Shown here in pieces: positions 48,978 through 63,281 of a stretch of 64,000 nucleotides of DNA. Every line of letters begins with the position of its first letter. The first letter of the stretch is position 1. This stretch comes from Dictyostelium discoideum (lineage: Eukaryota), in assembly GCA_000004695.1 (NCBI GenBank), contig CM000155.2, positions 1,184,001 through 1,248,000 of the forward strand, given 5' to 3'. A program made the translations under genes and the position numbers. The notes beneath the pieces are model-generated. The model made no database searches. It was given only the letters and a program-made list of their open reading frames with translations, and was not told the origin of the DNA.

Positions 48978-49030
48978 AATAATAACAATTCATTCATTTT
49001 CAATTTGAATATAAATGAATTGTTATTATC
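48978..49030. repeat. Perfect 16-bp inverted repeat (ataataacaattcatt ... aatgaattgttattat) with a 19-nt spacer, between the rab3gap1 5' end and the UBR 3' end
   Basis: The arms are at 48979..48994 and 49014..49029 and are exact reverse complements. Confidence 0.8.
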
Positions 49031-49195
49031 ATACATCTTGTAAAAATAAAAAAAAAAAAAAAAAAAAAAATGATGATGTATGATTTTTTTTTTACAACAA
49101 AAATGTAAAATATATATATTATATTTTACAATCCTTTTTTATTTTAAAAAGAACATAACCTAACTATTATTTATTTATTTATTTTATTTTATTTT

Positions 49196-49231
<36 letters not shown>

Positions 49232-49334
49232 TCTCAAACGATTAATGATATGATTGGGTTTAGAAAAAAAAAAAAAAAAAAAAAAAAAAATTATTATTTT
49301 TTTCTATTTTTAAAAATATATGTATAAAATTAAT

Positions 49335-50163
49335 TTATTCAAAATTTTTAATGAATACAGTTTGTAAACTATGAACATTTAATAAAGTGATAATATCAGA
49401 TTTTAATTTTCCTAATCTTTCATTATTAAGTGTTAAAGGTTTACCTCTTTTTAAACCATAATCTTCAGCACCATGTTCAGCATCTAGATATACGGTTCCC
49501 CAAAGTTTACTTTTACCTTCTATATTGATGATGATATAAGTTTCATTTAAGAGTAAGTAAACACCAATTGGATGAATATCGGTGTTTAATGATTGATTTG
49601 AATTTGAATGAATGAAATAATCCTTTAAACATAATAATTCACCACATAAAAGACAAACAAACTTTACAATACCATTTTTTCCATCACACTTGGAGCATTT
49701 CTTCTTACTTGTGCACTCTAAAAAGTATTTATGATAATCATTTGGCAATGGAATTATTGATAACTCTTTCCATGATCTTAAGGGTAAACAAGATTGTTCA
49801 TCCAATAAAATTGTTGGTTCTTCACCATTATTATTCTCTTTGGTTACATTGGCAAATGGTAACCAAACTTTGCTAATCATATCATTCAAAACTTGATTAT
49901 TGAATAATATCGTTTCAAATGATACATTCAATCCGGATGATTCCTTTAAAAATGTTAACAATCGTTTAAAATCCATCTTTCCAATATTACCTGTTTGACA
50001 GGAAACATCTAATGATTGATCAATACAACATAATAAAAAGCATACTTTTCTTAAATAAGTTGAACATATACTCTTTACTTGTTCATCAATTTCATCAAAG
50101 CTATTTTTACTATTTAAAAATTCTAAAATTGAATTTATATTTTTAAATTTCTAAATTAATTAA

Positions 50164-50215
<52 letters not shown>

Positions 50216-53081
50216 TATTATTATTATTTTTTTTTTTTTAAAAAATAATTAAAACTTACATATACAAATAAAATTGATTGAATAAAAGTACCAATGAAAA
50301 ATAATGAAATTAAATATAACAATGGAGGTTGTTGTTGTTGTTGTTTTTTGTTATTTTTTAATGATTCATTAATAAAGAAATATCTAATGAATAAACCAAA
50401 CATATCTAATTTTATAAATGATGGTGAATGAGATTCCTTTGATTTACTATCAAAAATTATATTGAGTAATGATTTCAAATCAATCAATCTCTTTTCAATT
50501 TCCAATGATGATTGTTCAACTGTTTTTTTAATTAAATTTTGGAATGCTGGTCTAATTAAATTAAATGAAACTATATCTATTGCATTATTTCTTTTTGATA
50601 ATTCATAAACTGAAATACATGAACAAATCTAATAATTATTAAATTAATATAAATATAAATAGTTAACATATATATATAAATAATAAGTACTTACAAAATT
50701 CCACATATTTTGAAGTTTATCAAAAACTTAAATCTTGAATTGTAGTAGAATCATAAACAGTTTTTATAAATTGATCATATTCTTGAGTTGTTGTTGTTTT
50801 ATTTGTGCCACTGGTAATAGATGATGAAGAAGATGAAGATAATAATGAAGAAGAAGATTTATTCAATTCATTTAATTCAGTAGAAACTTGATCACTTGTA
50901 GTAGTTGTTGTTGTAGTAGTAGTAGTAGTAGAGTCATTATAAACTTGAGTAAACCAATTATTAAATGATTGCTTTATTGATTCAATAGTATTATCAAAAT
51001 TAACTCTTGTTCTAATTGATGATGAAACTTTTTGTTTTGAGTAAGGAACGATTATATTTGATGAACGACGACAAACTGGACAAGAGAAATTCTTTAATCT
51101 GTTTTGATTTCTTAAGACTCCACCAGCACTGTTATCATTCAAAGTGTTTAAACAATTGATATGAATTAAATGAGAGCAAAATGTAATGAATGAACCATTT
51201 GTATCATTAACATCAACATACAATGGAGCATTTTGATCAATATCTTTGGTTTCTTCCAATGATGAATTTTTAATTAATTTTGCTCTTCTTCTATCTTCAT
51301 TTGACATTAATGGATCACTGACTAATAATGGACAGTATGGTAATAAAGAGTTCTTTTGTAATGAGGCAACATAACCAAATGGATGTTGTGTCTTTGTTAC
51401 ATCTAATTCATCTCTACAAATTGCACATGAACCAAAATCAATTTCTTCTTCTTCTTGTTGTTGTTGTTCATCAGAAATTTGAAAATTAAATATATCAACC
51501 TCTCCTGTTGTTTGCATTATATCATCAGTTGAATTCTTTATTTTTTTTTTATTATCTACACCGTCAAATTCATTTTCATCTTTTTCTGATTTTTTATCTT
51601 CAATATCATTAGTTTTCATGAATTTCTTTTGTTGTTCTTGCATTAATCTCATTAATTCTTTTTGTCTTTTCATTGCAATCTCTTTCATTTGTGATGATAC
51701 AGGTGATGTTGATTCTTTTAATGGATTAGTTGAAGTGGTTATTGGAGTGGTAGTGGTGGTAGTAGTGGTAGTAGTGGTAGTTGGAATAGTTGAAGTAGTT
51801 GAAGTAGTTGAAGTAGTTGGAAGGGTTGGAGTGGTTGGGATGGTTGGGATGGTTGGAGTAGTTGAAGTAGTTGAAGTAGTTGAAGTAGTTGGAATGGTTG
51901 GAGTAGTTGAAATGGTTGGAGTATTACGAATTCGATTAGCATAAACAGTTTGATCACCTGCAGTATTAAGAATTTCACGTTTATTTCTACTATTATCATT
52001 ATTAATATTTAAACTATGTACAAGGGTCGGATGAGATAAAATTCTAGAAATTGAACCAAAATGTATTTCAAATTTTGGTGTTGATTGCATTTGTTTTAAT
52101 AAAGATAATAAAGTAATTGTTGGAGGTGATAATACAGAAATGAATGAAGTTGTTTGTTTAATTGGTTGAACCATATTATTTAAAATATTATCAAGTGTAA
52201 ATCCAATATCTAAAATATCATGAGCTAAACCTAAAGGTGATCTATAGGTTCTTGGGTTCTCTGAATGTGGGAGTGGATATGGTTTCGTCTCCATCGTGCT
52301 TCTATGAAAACCATATTTCTTAAATATTTGATTTTTACTATTTAAATAATAAGTATCAATTGCAAGATATAAAAGATGAAGTGCGGTTGATAATAGAGTT
52401 TCCGATGATTTTACAGAACCAGTTAAACTATTATGAATGATTGCAAAAATAATTGTATGAAGTATTTCACATTGAAGTATTCGCTCGATTCCAGTGAAAG
52501 CAGGTAGAACTTCCTCCAATGGTACTATTGGTTTTGTATTTTGTTCAATCAAAGATTTCTTTTCACGTTTACATTGAATTACATAATTCTCTTCAGATTT
52601 CTGTTGATCAGTCTTTTTATGATATGGATAATAATAGTCCCATTCATTCCAAGATGAAGGTTTCAATTGATAGATACCACTTTCTGTACCCGTTGCATTA
52701 CTAAACGTTGAAATATCCCTTAGGATAGAATCCAATTCCAATGAGTCTTGAAATTGATTGGAAACTTTTGAATAAATATCACTAAATTTCTGTGGTTTAA
52801 CTGAAAGAATGTGAATCAACTCCTTTCTTAACAACTGGTTTGATCCCTCTAAATTTGCCAACTTTGTTCTATCAGTGAATAACCAAATTATAGTTTCTAA
52901 AAAGTTTTCAGCTATAATAGTATTTGCACGATCAGATTCAGATTTATGTTGATGATTAGGTGTAGAGGAAGTTGATGAAAATGTTGATGAAAATGTTGAT
53001 TGAACAGCTGATGTAAATGATGATAATGGTGATACAGATGGTGATTTATTTGTAACTTCATTAACTATACTAATTCCACTA

Positions 53082-53112
<31 letters not shown>

Positions 53113-55538
53113 TATTTTTATTATTATTATTATTATTTTTTGAAGTTTGATTTTGTTCATCAATAAAAATATGACCATCTAAATAAAACCAAGAACATAA
53201 TTCACAACGATCTAAAAATTGTGAAAAGAAAATCTTTGGTTCCATTGCCAATGATACATATTGCATCAAATATAAATCCACTGTACTATTTTGATCTTTT
53301 ACACGGAAATAATTTGCGATTTGATTCTTCATTGGATCACCATTTCTAACCCACATACCAGCCAAAAATTGGAATGACATTGAAAATGCTCTAAATACAT
53401 GTTCAATAACAGCAGAACAAACACTTTGATATATGGAATTTTTTTTTGACAATATTTTTAAAACTTCCTCTGGTGTTGTATTAAATTTAATTGATTGAAA
53501 ATAGACGGCACTTGTAAATGCACGATGTAATGGTATATGAATTGAAACTGGTTGTTTTGAAACTCTATATTCTGGAATAACAGTATCTCTAATACCCATT
53601 TTCCATTTTATAATATCTTTATCACCACTATCGCTCTCTTTAAAAGGCAATCTTATAGTATTTTTATAACCACTAACATCACTATTACTAGTAGTATTAC
53701 CTCCAACTTCATGTACACTTTCATATTTATAATAGTCAATAATATGATTGAATATGAAATCTCTTATGTTAACAATTTGACTTTCCTTTGTGATTAATTT
53801 TTCATTATCTTTAAATTGATCGAAAATTGCATGCGTTATATACTTTGTAAGATAAATTTCAAAATAAAAACAATGAACCCAAGTTTGATCTTCATACTCT
53901 ATATGTCTAGTTGTTAATCTTGTATTTGGATTCATACCTTGAGCCAAAGCCAATGATAATAAACTTTTATACAATAACGTTGGATTATCAATTAACCATA
54001 AGAAACTTGATTTGGTCTTTAAAATATAAGCTATTGAAATTAATGATTTAAAATATAATCTTGCTACAAATTTAGTCATCTTTGGATCTAATATTTGATA
54101 TATATTTTGTTTTGTTTTATTTGATGTTGTTGTACTATTATTATTTACGGGTGGGGGTGAAGTTGACATTGGAACAGCACCTTCTTGTTGTTGTGTTAGT
54201 TGCTGTTGTTGAACTTCTTGATTAACACCATTATCAACTCTTTCTTCTTCTTTTTCATTTTCTTGTTGTCCCTCTTCCTCTTCCTCTTCGTCATCATCAT
54301 CATCATAATAATTGTGATCTTCCTCTAAAACCTGTTCTATAACCTCACCTTCACGTAGAAGGATAATTTTATCTTTATCATCTTCTTCATTTAATAATGA
54401 TCTAAGGAAAGTATTAAGCATATATTTAAATTTACCAGTTTCAACGATTTTTAAAGCGGTACTGTCGACAGTGAATAATTGTACAGTTAAACTTGAATCA
54501 TAAGTTGGACAAGAGAATGCTTCAGCTATTGACATTGCCAAGGTATCTCTGAAATCAGTAGAGATAAATAATGAGATTACAAACTTCTCCAATGTTGGTA
54601 TGCCCTTACTTGTGAATAGACTTAGGCCATTAAAAATATGTCTTTCTGTCAATGTCACCTTATAGGTTGTTGTGGAAGATGATGTTGTTGTCTTTGGCAA
54701 TATTACCGATGCTGAGCTACTGATTCTTTTAGGTAATGTTATGATTAATGGTGATTGATTTAATTTTGAAATGAAATTCGTTATTAGTAGTGTGAAATCG
54801 TCACCCAACACATCAATGAATTTATTTAAAATATCTAAAAGTGACTCAGTTGTAACAGTATATCTATTGATTGAAAGATCCGTTAATATTCTGGTTAAAA
54901 AAATATCGATCATTATGAACTCTGTACTCTCTGGCAATGGTTGCTTCACCTTAGTATCATCACCTTTCTCTTGACCTTCACGTTTAACATGCACTGAACA
55001 ACATCCCTCCTTTTTCCACGCACTAAAATCACCACAATCACAACAGCCATTAAAACCAACTATTAATCTATATCTATGTCCAACATGTTTATCCTCCTCA
55101 AAACAGTCAATACAAATTGCACTGTATGTTATAAATGATAATAATAAATAATAATAATAATAAAAAATGTTAGTTTGATTTTATTTTATTTTTATTATTA
55201 TTTATTATTATTGCTTCTTAATATACATACCAATTATCATCAATTTGACAATCTAAACATTTATAAATATGAGACTCTGAGTTCCAAACTTTACCACAGA
55301 TAGATCTTGACATTTGATCTTGATATGACTGTTTTAATTCTTGAAATGTTGAATACTTTTTATTACTGATAAATGATGCCACTATATCTAATCGTTTTGA
55401 ACTTGTATCAAATTTCATTAACTGGTCAATGAAAAATTGACTCTTTTTTGAAATGTCTAATTTCCCATTTGTTATACTCTCATTAATACCACTTAATTTA
55501 TTTTCTAAATTTTCAATATTACTATTTCTATTAAACAT
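49335..55538 (-). CDS. UBR-box N-recognin-type E3 ubiquitin ligase (UBR1/2-like), about 1950 aa, 4 exons
   Basis: Exons on the minus strand are approximately 55231..55538 (GTATGT), 50728..55121 (weak GTTTTT donor; an alternative donor 15 nt upstream is possible), 50260..50609 (GTAAGT) and 49335..50150. The UBR box is split by intron 1: CGKVWNSESHIYKCLDCQIDDN|CAICIDCFEEDKHVGHRY...GCCDCGDFSAWKKEGCCSVH. The RING-H2-like region is CAICRDELD...CSHLIHINC...CPVCR. The UBR C-terminal autoinhibitory signature is CLLCGELLC...YLDAEHGAEDYGLKRGKPLTLNNERLGKL. Confidence 0.7.
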
Positions 55539-55545
55539 TTTTTTT

Positions 55546-55665
55546 TATAAGACGCTATTTTTGATTTGCTTTGTTTGGTTTTGTTTTGTTTTGTTTTTTT
55601 ATAAGACGCTATTTTTGATTTGCTTTGTTTTGCTTTGTTTGGTTTTGTTTTGTTTTGTTTTTTTT
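55546..55665. repeat. Tandem duplication of two units of about 55-60 bp (ttataagacgctatttttgatttgctttgtttggttttgttttgttttg) immediately upstream of the UBR gene start codon
   Basis: The two copies are nearly identical. Copy 2 has one extra ttgctttg unit. Confidence 0.85.
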
Positions 55666-56456
55666 TTTTTTTTTTTTTTTTTGTTTTTACAAAATAATAT
55701 AAAATTAAATAATAATAATAATAATAAAAATTATTTTAAATTATATGTATTTTGTTTTTTTATTTGTTATTGTCAAATTTTTGGGTTCCAATGAAAAAAA
55801 TTAAAAAAAATATTAAAAAAAAAACATAAAAAAAACCAAAATTTTAAAAAAAAAAAATAAATTAAATTAAATTGTTTCTTATTTCTTAAACACTCAAAAA
55901 AATAAAAAAAAAATAAAATAAAATAGAATCATCAAAAAAGTAACAAAAAAAAAAGTTAATTTATTATTATTTCTTTAATATTACTTTAAAAAGATTAAAA
56001 GTAAGTTTCCAAAATAAATAAATTTTTAATTTTTATTAAAAGTCATTAAATTTGGATGCAAAGTTTTGCGAAAAAAAAAAAAAAAATAAAAAAAATAAAA
56101 AAAAATAAAAATAAATAAAAATAAAACACAAAAAATATTTTTTTTATAATTAATGGAAATTAGTACCTTTTTTTTTCTACTAATTTCCATTAATTTTGAG
56201 GCATCAAATATCAAAACAATTATATATTATTTTTTTTTTTTTTTTTTTTTTTTTTTTGCAAACTTTTTTGTTTGGCATCTAATTTATTCGTTTCTTCGAA
56301 AAATAAAAATTTATTTGAAAAAAAAAAAAAAAAAAAAAAAAAATTATTTTTTTATTTTATTTTTATTTTTATTTTCATTTTTATTTTTTTCAAAGAGATA
56401 CATAATTTTCAATATTAAAATACAAAGTCATTAATGGATTTTTTTTAAAATATAAA

Positions 56457-57362
56457 ATGGATAAAAGTAATTATAATCAACTTTTGTCAGATTTTTTGGA
56501 TGTATCAAAAGCGAATGAAAATACGAATATACAAACCAATAATACAAATGGAGGTTGTGGTAATAACAACAACACAACTTTTGATGATTGTGATGAAATT
56601 AATGAAAAATCAACAATAGCTTCAACTGGTTGTAAAGATATTAAAAATATATTTTCAGGTGTGGTGCCAAAGGTAACTTATTTACCTCCTAAAATAACTC
56701 CAATATCAACACCAAATGTTATTTTAAATTCACCTACACATCCTACATCACCTTCAAATATAAATATAAATACAAACACAACAAATACAAATATAACAAA
56801 CTCAAAAATAACGACTACATTTATGAATACAGCTACAACTACAACTACAAATTCAAATATAAAAAATGAAATTGATGAAGATGATAATGGGTTTGATGAT
56901 TCATTAATAACAAAAAGAAGACCGATTAGAAAAAACTCATCTTTACATTTAAATGACGATGATGGTGATGATGATATAGTTGATACTAATAATATACCAC
57001 CACCACCATCATCATCAAAGACAACACCAACCATAACACCTTCATTACCAACCAAAAAGATTCCAGCAATATTTCACTCACCAATTGTAAATAAAACAAC
57101 AAATAATAATAACAATTATAATAATAATAATAATAATAATACAAACAGTATTAACAGTAATATATATAATTTTGTAAATAAAAACTCTTCAGATTTGGTT
57201 AAAACTATTAAATCAGATTTATATGATTTGGGAATAAAGAAAAAGAATTTGAAAAATCAAAAAAAAGGTTCATCGGATGATGAGAAACAAAGAATATCTG
57301 ATGAACTCCAAGAAATCAAAAAATCAAAAAAAGAATTAATTAAATTACTTGAAAACGCTTTA

Positions 57363-57441
<79 letters not shown>

Positions 57442-60236
57442 GTAGTAATAATTATAATAATATTAGTAATAATTATAGTAACAGCAATAATGTAGTATAT
57501 AATAGTAACTCGACGAATAATATTAATAATAATAGTAATAATAGTAATAATAGTAATTCAACATCACCAACATTTAAGAGTAGTACAATCGTTCAACCTC
57601 CAAAAGTAACACCAAACTATACATCTGATATATCACTTGATGATGATAATTATTATCCAAATGATATCGATGAATATACACATCACTCAACAACGACAAC
57701 GACAACAACAACATCAAAAACTAATAATGATAATAATAATAATTATGATAATGATATAATTGATTTAGATGAATATGATGGTTTTAGTGGTTTTGATAGT
57801 GGGTACGAAAATGGAACCGATAGTGCAATGTTTGATGATGAAGATGTTGTAGTTAATGAACAAAAACCTACAAACAATCACTTTTCAACAAACTCTTTTA
57901 ATAATAGTAATAATAATAATAATAATGTTTTTTCAGTTGCAAACTTTAATGGTGATAATAGTAGATTTAAAGGTAATTTCCCATGGAGTCAAAAGATTAT
58001 AGATATAAATAGATCAATGTTTGGTTTTCATGTTTTTAGAGAGAATCAAAGGGAAATTATTAATTCAACATTGGAAGGAAATGATACATTTGTGTTAATG
58101 CCAACTGGTGGTGGTAAAAGTTTATGTTATCAAATACCAGCACTTTATCAAAAGGGACTTACCATTGTAATTTCACCATTGATTTCATTGATTAATGATC
58201 AAGTGGAATTTTTAGAGACATTGGGATACCCTGCCGCTGCATTAAGTAGTGCGGTTTCATCAGATGCAGCCATTGATGTCTACAAAGATATTAGATCAAA
58301 TTCACCAAAGATTCGTTTACTATATTTAACACCTGAAAGAGTTGTAAAGAGTGATTCACTCATAGAGATATTGGCCAATCTAGATCAAAAGGGTTTATTC
58401 TCAAGAATTGTAATTGATGAAGCACATTGTGTATCGCAATGGGGTCACGATTTTCGTCCAGATTATAAAGAACTCTCAATATTAAGAAGGAAATTCCCAA
58501 AGGTACCAATACTTGCATTGACAGCAACAGCTACAGAAAGAGTTAGAAATGATGTTATCTACAATCTTAGTATGAGAAATCCAGTTTGTTTCAAACAAAG
58601 TTTCAATAGACCCAATTTAATTTATCAAGTTTTAAAGAAAACCAAACAAGTGGTTGATGACATGTCCAAGTTTATTCATTCAACTTATCCTGATAAATCT
58701 GGTATCGTCTATTGTATTTCAAAGTATGATTGTGAGAATGTTGCAAAGAGATTAAGAGAATTGAAAATTAGTGCAGCCCATTATCATGCGGGTTTAGAGA
58801 ATGATGAAAGAGCTAAAGTTCAAGCTAATTGGCAAAAGGGTAGAATTAAGGTTATTGTTGCAACCATTGCATTTGGTATGGGTATTAACAAAGCTGACGT
58901 TAGATTTGTCATTCATCATTCAGTTCCTAAATCATTGGAAGGTTACTATCAAGAGAGTGGTAGAGCTGGTCGTGATGGTGGTATTTCTCATTGCTTATTA
59001 TACTTTTCGTGGGCTGATAAATTAAGAAACGATCTCTTGATTCAAAATAGTTTTACAAGTGGTCAAGGTAGTTCCCACAATACTAGAGAAACTAGAGACA
59101 GTTTGAATAAAATGGTAAACTATTGCGAGAATGAAACCGATTGCAGACGTCAATTACAATTGGCTTACTTTGGTGAAAATTTTGAAAAGAGTGGATGTAA
59201 AAAAACCTGTGATAATTGTATAAGCACTTTGGAAACCACTAGAAAGGATGTCACTGAAGAATCGAAAAATCTTGTAAAAACCATCAAAGCATTGGGTTCA
59301 GATACATCAAATTTAATCATTGACATTTTCAAGGGTTCAAAAGGTAAAAAGGTTTTAGAAAAGTGTGCACAATCTGGAATTACCAATTTACATGGCATTG
59401 GTAAGAATTGGCAAAAACATGAAATTGAAAGAATATTACATCAATTACTTAGAGATAATATTCTAAAGGAAACTATTAGTCAAAATCCTTATGGTGGAAC
59501 TTATTCTCATTTATCAGTGGGGAGTTATGCTGATAATTTACTAAGAAATCAAAAGAATGTAACACTATCATTTAGATCAACACCTGCCAAAAAAACTGTA
59601 TCAGCCGCCAAAAAGAAGAAATCAAGTAAAAATAATGAAGATGATGAAGAAGAAGAAGATGAAGTCCCAACTAATTTCGTTATAATTCAAAATAAAACCA
59701 CTAAAACCGATGCTAATCTTGTTGCTCGTTTGGAAAAACTTCGTCAAGATCTTGCTTTAATTGAAAATATCCAAGAAACCTATATCTTCTCACGTGATAC
59801 TATCGATGATATTCTTAGAGTTAAACCAAAAACTATTAAAGAATTAAAAGGTCTTACAGGTCTTCCATCTCAAAAAATTGATAGATATGGTAAATCTATC
59901 ATTCAAGCCATTAATGATTTTCTCTCTGATACACCTTATTCATTTGATAAAAGTAGTTTTCAAAAAATACCATTTAATTCAACTCAAACTTCATCTTATT
60001 TTTCAAAGTCTAGTAGTAATCCACCACATGTTCACACTATAAGTGATGACTCTGAATTTGATACTGATACAACTAATTTCGTTATTGACAATGATACTGT
60101 TGATGAAAATGAAAATTTTGACTTTGAAATTGATGACAATGATTATTTAGATCAACCACAACAACAACAATCAAATAAAAGAAAACAATCATCAACATCT
60201 GTAACCTCAACGAAATCAAGTAGAGTTAAAAAATAA
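56457..60236 (+). CDS. RecQ-family ATP-dependent DNA helicase, BLM-like (helicase core + RQC + HRDC, no exonuclease domain)
   Basis: This is a single 1259-aa ORF. Motif I is LMPTGGGKSLCYQIPA. The DEAH-like motif is VIDEAHCVSQWGHDFRPDY. Motif III is LTATAT. Also present are the RecQ motif GIVYC, motif VI YQESGRAGRDG and the zinc-binding CDNC cluster. The HRDC-like C-terminus is LVARLEKLRQ...SRDTIDDILRVKPKTIKEL. The N-terminal about 500 aa are low complexity. Confidence 0.85.
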
Positions 60237-60281
60237 TATAATATAATAATAAATTTTATAATTTAATAATAAATTAATAAT

Positions 60282-60286
<5 letters not shown>

Positions 60287-60344
<58 letters not shown>

Positions 60345-60347
60345 TTT
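60287..60347. repeat. (TTTA)n microsatellite between the convergent 3' ends of the RecQ and MATE genes
   Basis: tttatttatttattta... about 15 units. Confidence 0.9.
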
Positions 60348-60359
60348 TGGAAAATATAA

Positions 60360-60530
60360 TTAATTTAATATTGCATAGTTTATATCATTATCATCATCTT
60401 CGTTATCATCATTTTTTTTTAATATTATATAATCATTTTTTGATTGATTATGATTTATATTATGAACCACTTCTTCATTATTATTATTATTATTATTTTC
60501 AATTGAGTCAGTATTATTATTATTATTAAT

Positions 60531-60623
<93 letters not shown>

Positions 60624-62016
60624 TTCAATTGAGTCAGTATTATTACTATTGATGTTAGTATCATTATTTTGAATTCTTACACTATAATGTTGATCTAATT
60701 TTTCTGTACTACTACTCGCACTTATATTACCACTACTATTATTTCCATTACTACTATTATACCCACTTGGTGTTGAATAATTTGAATTTAAAATTGCATC
60801 ACCAAAAGTTACAACTGATTCTCCTTTATTGAAATCATCATCATCTTCTTCTTCTTCTTCATTTTTGTAATGTTTTGATTTATTTTCCAATAATTTATTT
60901 TTATCATTATAATTTTCGATACTATTATTATTATTAAGATTATCAGCACCATCAATGATCATTTCAATATCTAATTGACTGAAACCTTGTAAAGATTCAG
61001 TTCTCTTTAAAGCTATTTCAACTTCTTTTTCCCAATTAATTCTAAGTATAACAAAACCAAGAATTACTGCTACTGAACCTAAACCTAAACATAATCCCCA
61101 CCATAATCCAACAACTTCTTTATGTAGAGCAAATCCAAATATACAAGAGAATGGTACACCAACTAAATAGAATCCACCGAAATTAACAAGTGCACCAATT
61201 TTATTTTTACCTGTACCTCTAATGATACCTTGACAAGTTGTTTGGAAACCATCGAAAAATTGGAATAATGCAGAGATTGGTAAAATTTTAGCTACCAACT
61301 GTTGAACCTCTACTTCATCAGTGTAAAGACCACCGATTAAATGTCTAGTTAAAAATTGAGTCATTGAAATTAACACCATAATTGACATTGTTAAGAAAAA
61401 TCCAATATTGGTTGCACTCTTTGCTTTCTTTGCATCTTTTGAGCCTAGTAATTGACCAATTCTAACTGACAATGCAATCGATATACTAAATGGTAACATA
61501 AAAGTTAACAATGTGAAATTCATAGCAATTGAATGACCGTCCAATTGGACGGAACCAAATGTACCCGATAAAATAGTTAACAATTCGAATGCAGTACCTT
61601 CCAATAACATTTGAAATCCTGCTGGAATCGCCAATCTAAGATAATCTTTAAGACCACTCCATCCAGTAAGTTCTGGTATTGAAAATCCAAACCATGTATC
61701 TTTGTGAAGTTTAAATTTATAAATCCATAAAATTAATAAACCTGTTGCTATACCTTTAGAAATTGATGTAGATATTGAACTTCCAATAACACCAATACCA
61801 CCTGAATCTGTTAAACCATGAACTAATATAAAATTGAAAATTGCATTTGAAATATTTAAAATTATACCACAAACAATTGATGGATTCATAATACCTTGAC
61901 CCTGAAGATATTTTTGTAATACTGAAAGTGCTCCACTAAACCATAATCCTGGTATCATACCTCTAAAAAAAAAAAATAAATAAATAAATAAAATAAAATC
62001 TTGTTAATATTTTAAT

Positions 62017-62066
<50 letters not shown>

Positions 62067-62718
62067 AAAAGATTAATATTTACAAAATATAACGTTGTGC
62101 TAATTTTGAAACTTCTGGGTCTTGATGTATAAGTATTAAAATCGGTTCTGTTACAAACCAAAGTATTGCTAAAAAAAATTTAATTAAAAATAAATAAAAA
62201 AATAAAAAATAAAAAAAATTTTTAGATATTGTTATAATTTATAATAATAATAAAAATTAAAATTAATTATACTTACTAATAAAAAAACTAAAAATTACTG
62301 CTGTTGTTGTAGCTCTTTGAATTGTTGATCCAATTAATTTATAACTTTCTATTTTTTTTTTTTTTTTTTATTAAAAAATATTAATTAGTACAATGGAAAA
62401 TTAAAATTATAAGTCCATGATTAAATAAAAAAACATACTTGCACCAAATGCTTGAGAAATATAAGTATCCATAGCATTAAATGTACCAACTACAAAAGCA
62501 CTCGTACAAAATACCCACGTATTACCTAAAGAAACTGCAGCAAGTTCATCTTTACCTAATCTACCTGCAAACATCATATTTACTAATAAATAAACAACTT
62601 GATTTAAAACATTAGATACCAATACTGGAAATGTCCAACCTAATAAATAAACTACTTCAGGCTTTGCATCTTTAAATATTTTCATTACTTTATTATATTT
62701 ATTTATTATTAATTCCAT
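60360..62718 (-). CDS. MATE (multidrug and toxic compound extrusion) family transporter with long Asn/acidic C-terminal tail, 4 exons
   Basis: Exons on the minus strand are approximately 62439..62718 (GTATGT), 62277..62348 (GTAAGT), 62084..62168 (GTAAAT) and 60360..61962. There are 12 TM-like segments. MATE hallmarks are LLGWTFPVLVSNVLNQVV, MFAGRLGKDELAAVSLGNT, PILILIHQDPEVSKLAQRY, GIIRGTGKNKIGALVNFGGFYLVGVP and WWGLCLGLG. Confidence 0.75.
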
Positions 62719-63281
62719 TTTTTTTTTAATTTAAGTTTTCGTCTTTGGTAAATTTTTAAAAATAAATTGTACAAATTTTTTTTTTTTTTTTGTATATGTA
62801 ATTTAAAATTTTTTATTCTTAAATATTAATATTGCTAGAAATATTTTATTGTCTTAAAAAAAAAGTGGGTAAAAAAATTTAAAAAATCTGAAAAGATATT
62901 TATTTTTTATCCAATTAAAAAAATTATTATTTGTGTGTCAGCTGGAACTTGGGCGAAAATATTTAAAAAAACAGGAAAAAAACGTGGGTTCATATGTTTT
63001 TTTTAAAATTATTTTTATATTTTTTTTTTGTTTCGGTTTAAGTTTAAATTAAAAAAAAATGAAAAAAAAAAAAAAAAAAAATTCTTAAAAAAAAAAAAAA
63101 AAAATTAAAAGAAAAAAAAAAATTAAAAAAATTAAAAAAAAAAGAAATTTACTGGTCGTGGAGAATATTTCTTTTGATTCCATGGAATATTAAAATATTT
63201 AGTCAATCCTAATATCAACCATGAATTCATTAAACCATAACATTTTACATTTAAAAAAAAATAAAAATTAAAAAAAAAAAA

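Noticed and set aside
49335-49976. ORF 49335..49976 and ORF 50224..50505 as separate genes
   Set aside because: Both are 3' exons of the UBR N-recognin gene (C-terminal CLLCG...GLKRGKPL signature). The reading frame stays open upstream to the splice acceptors.
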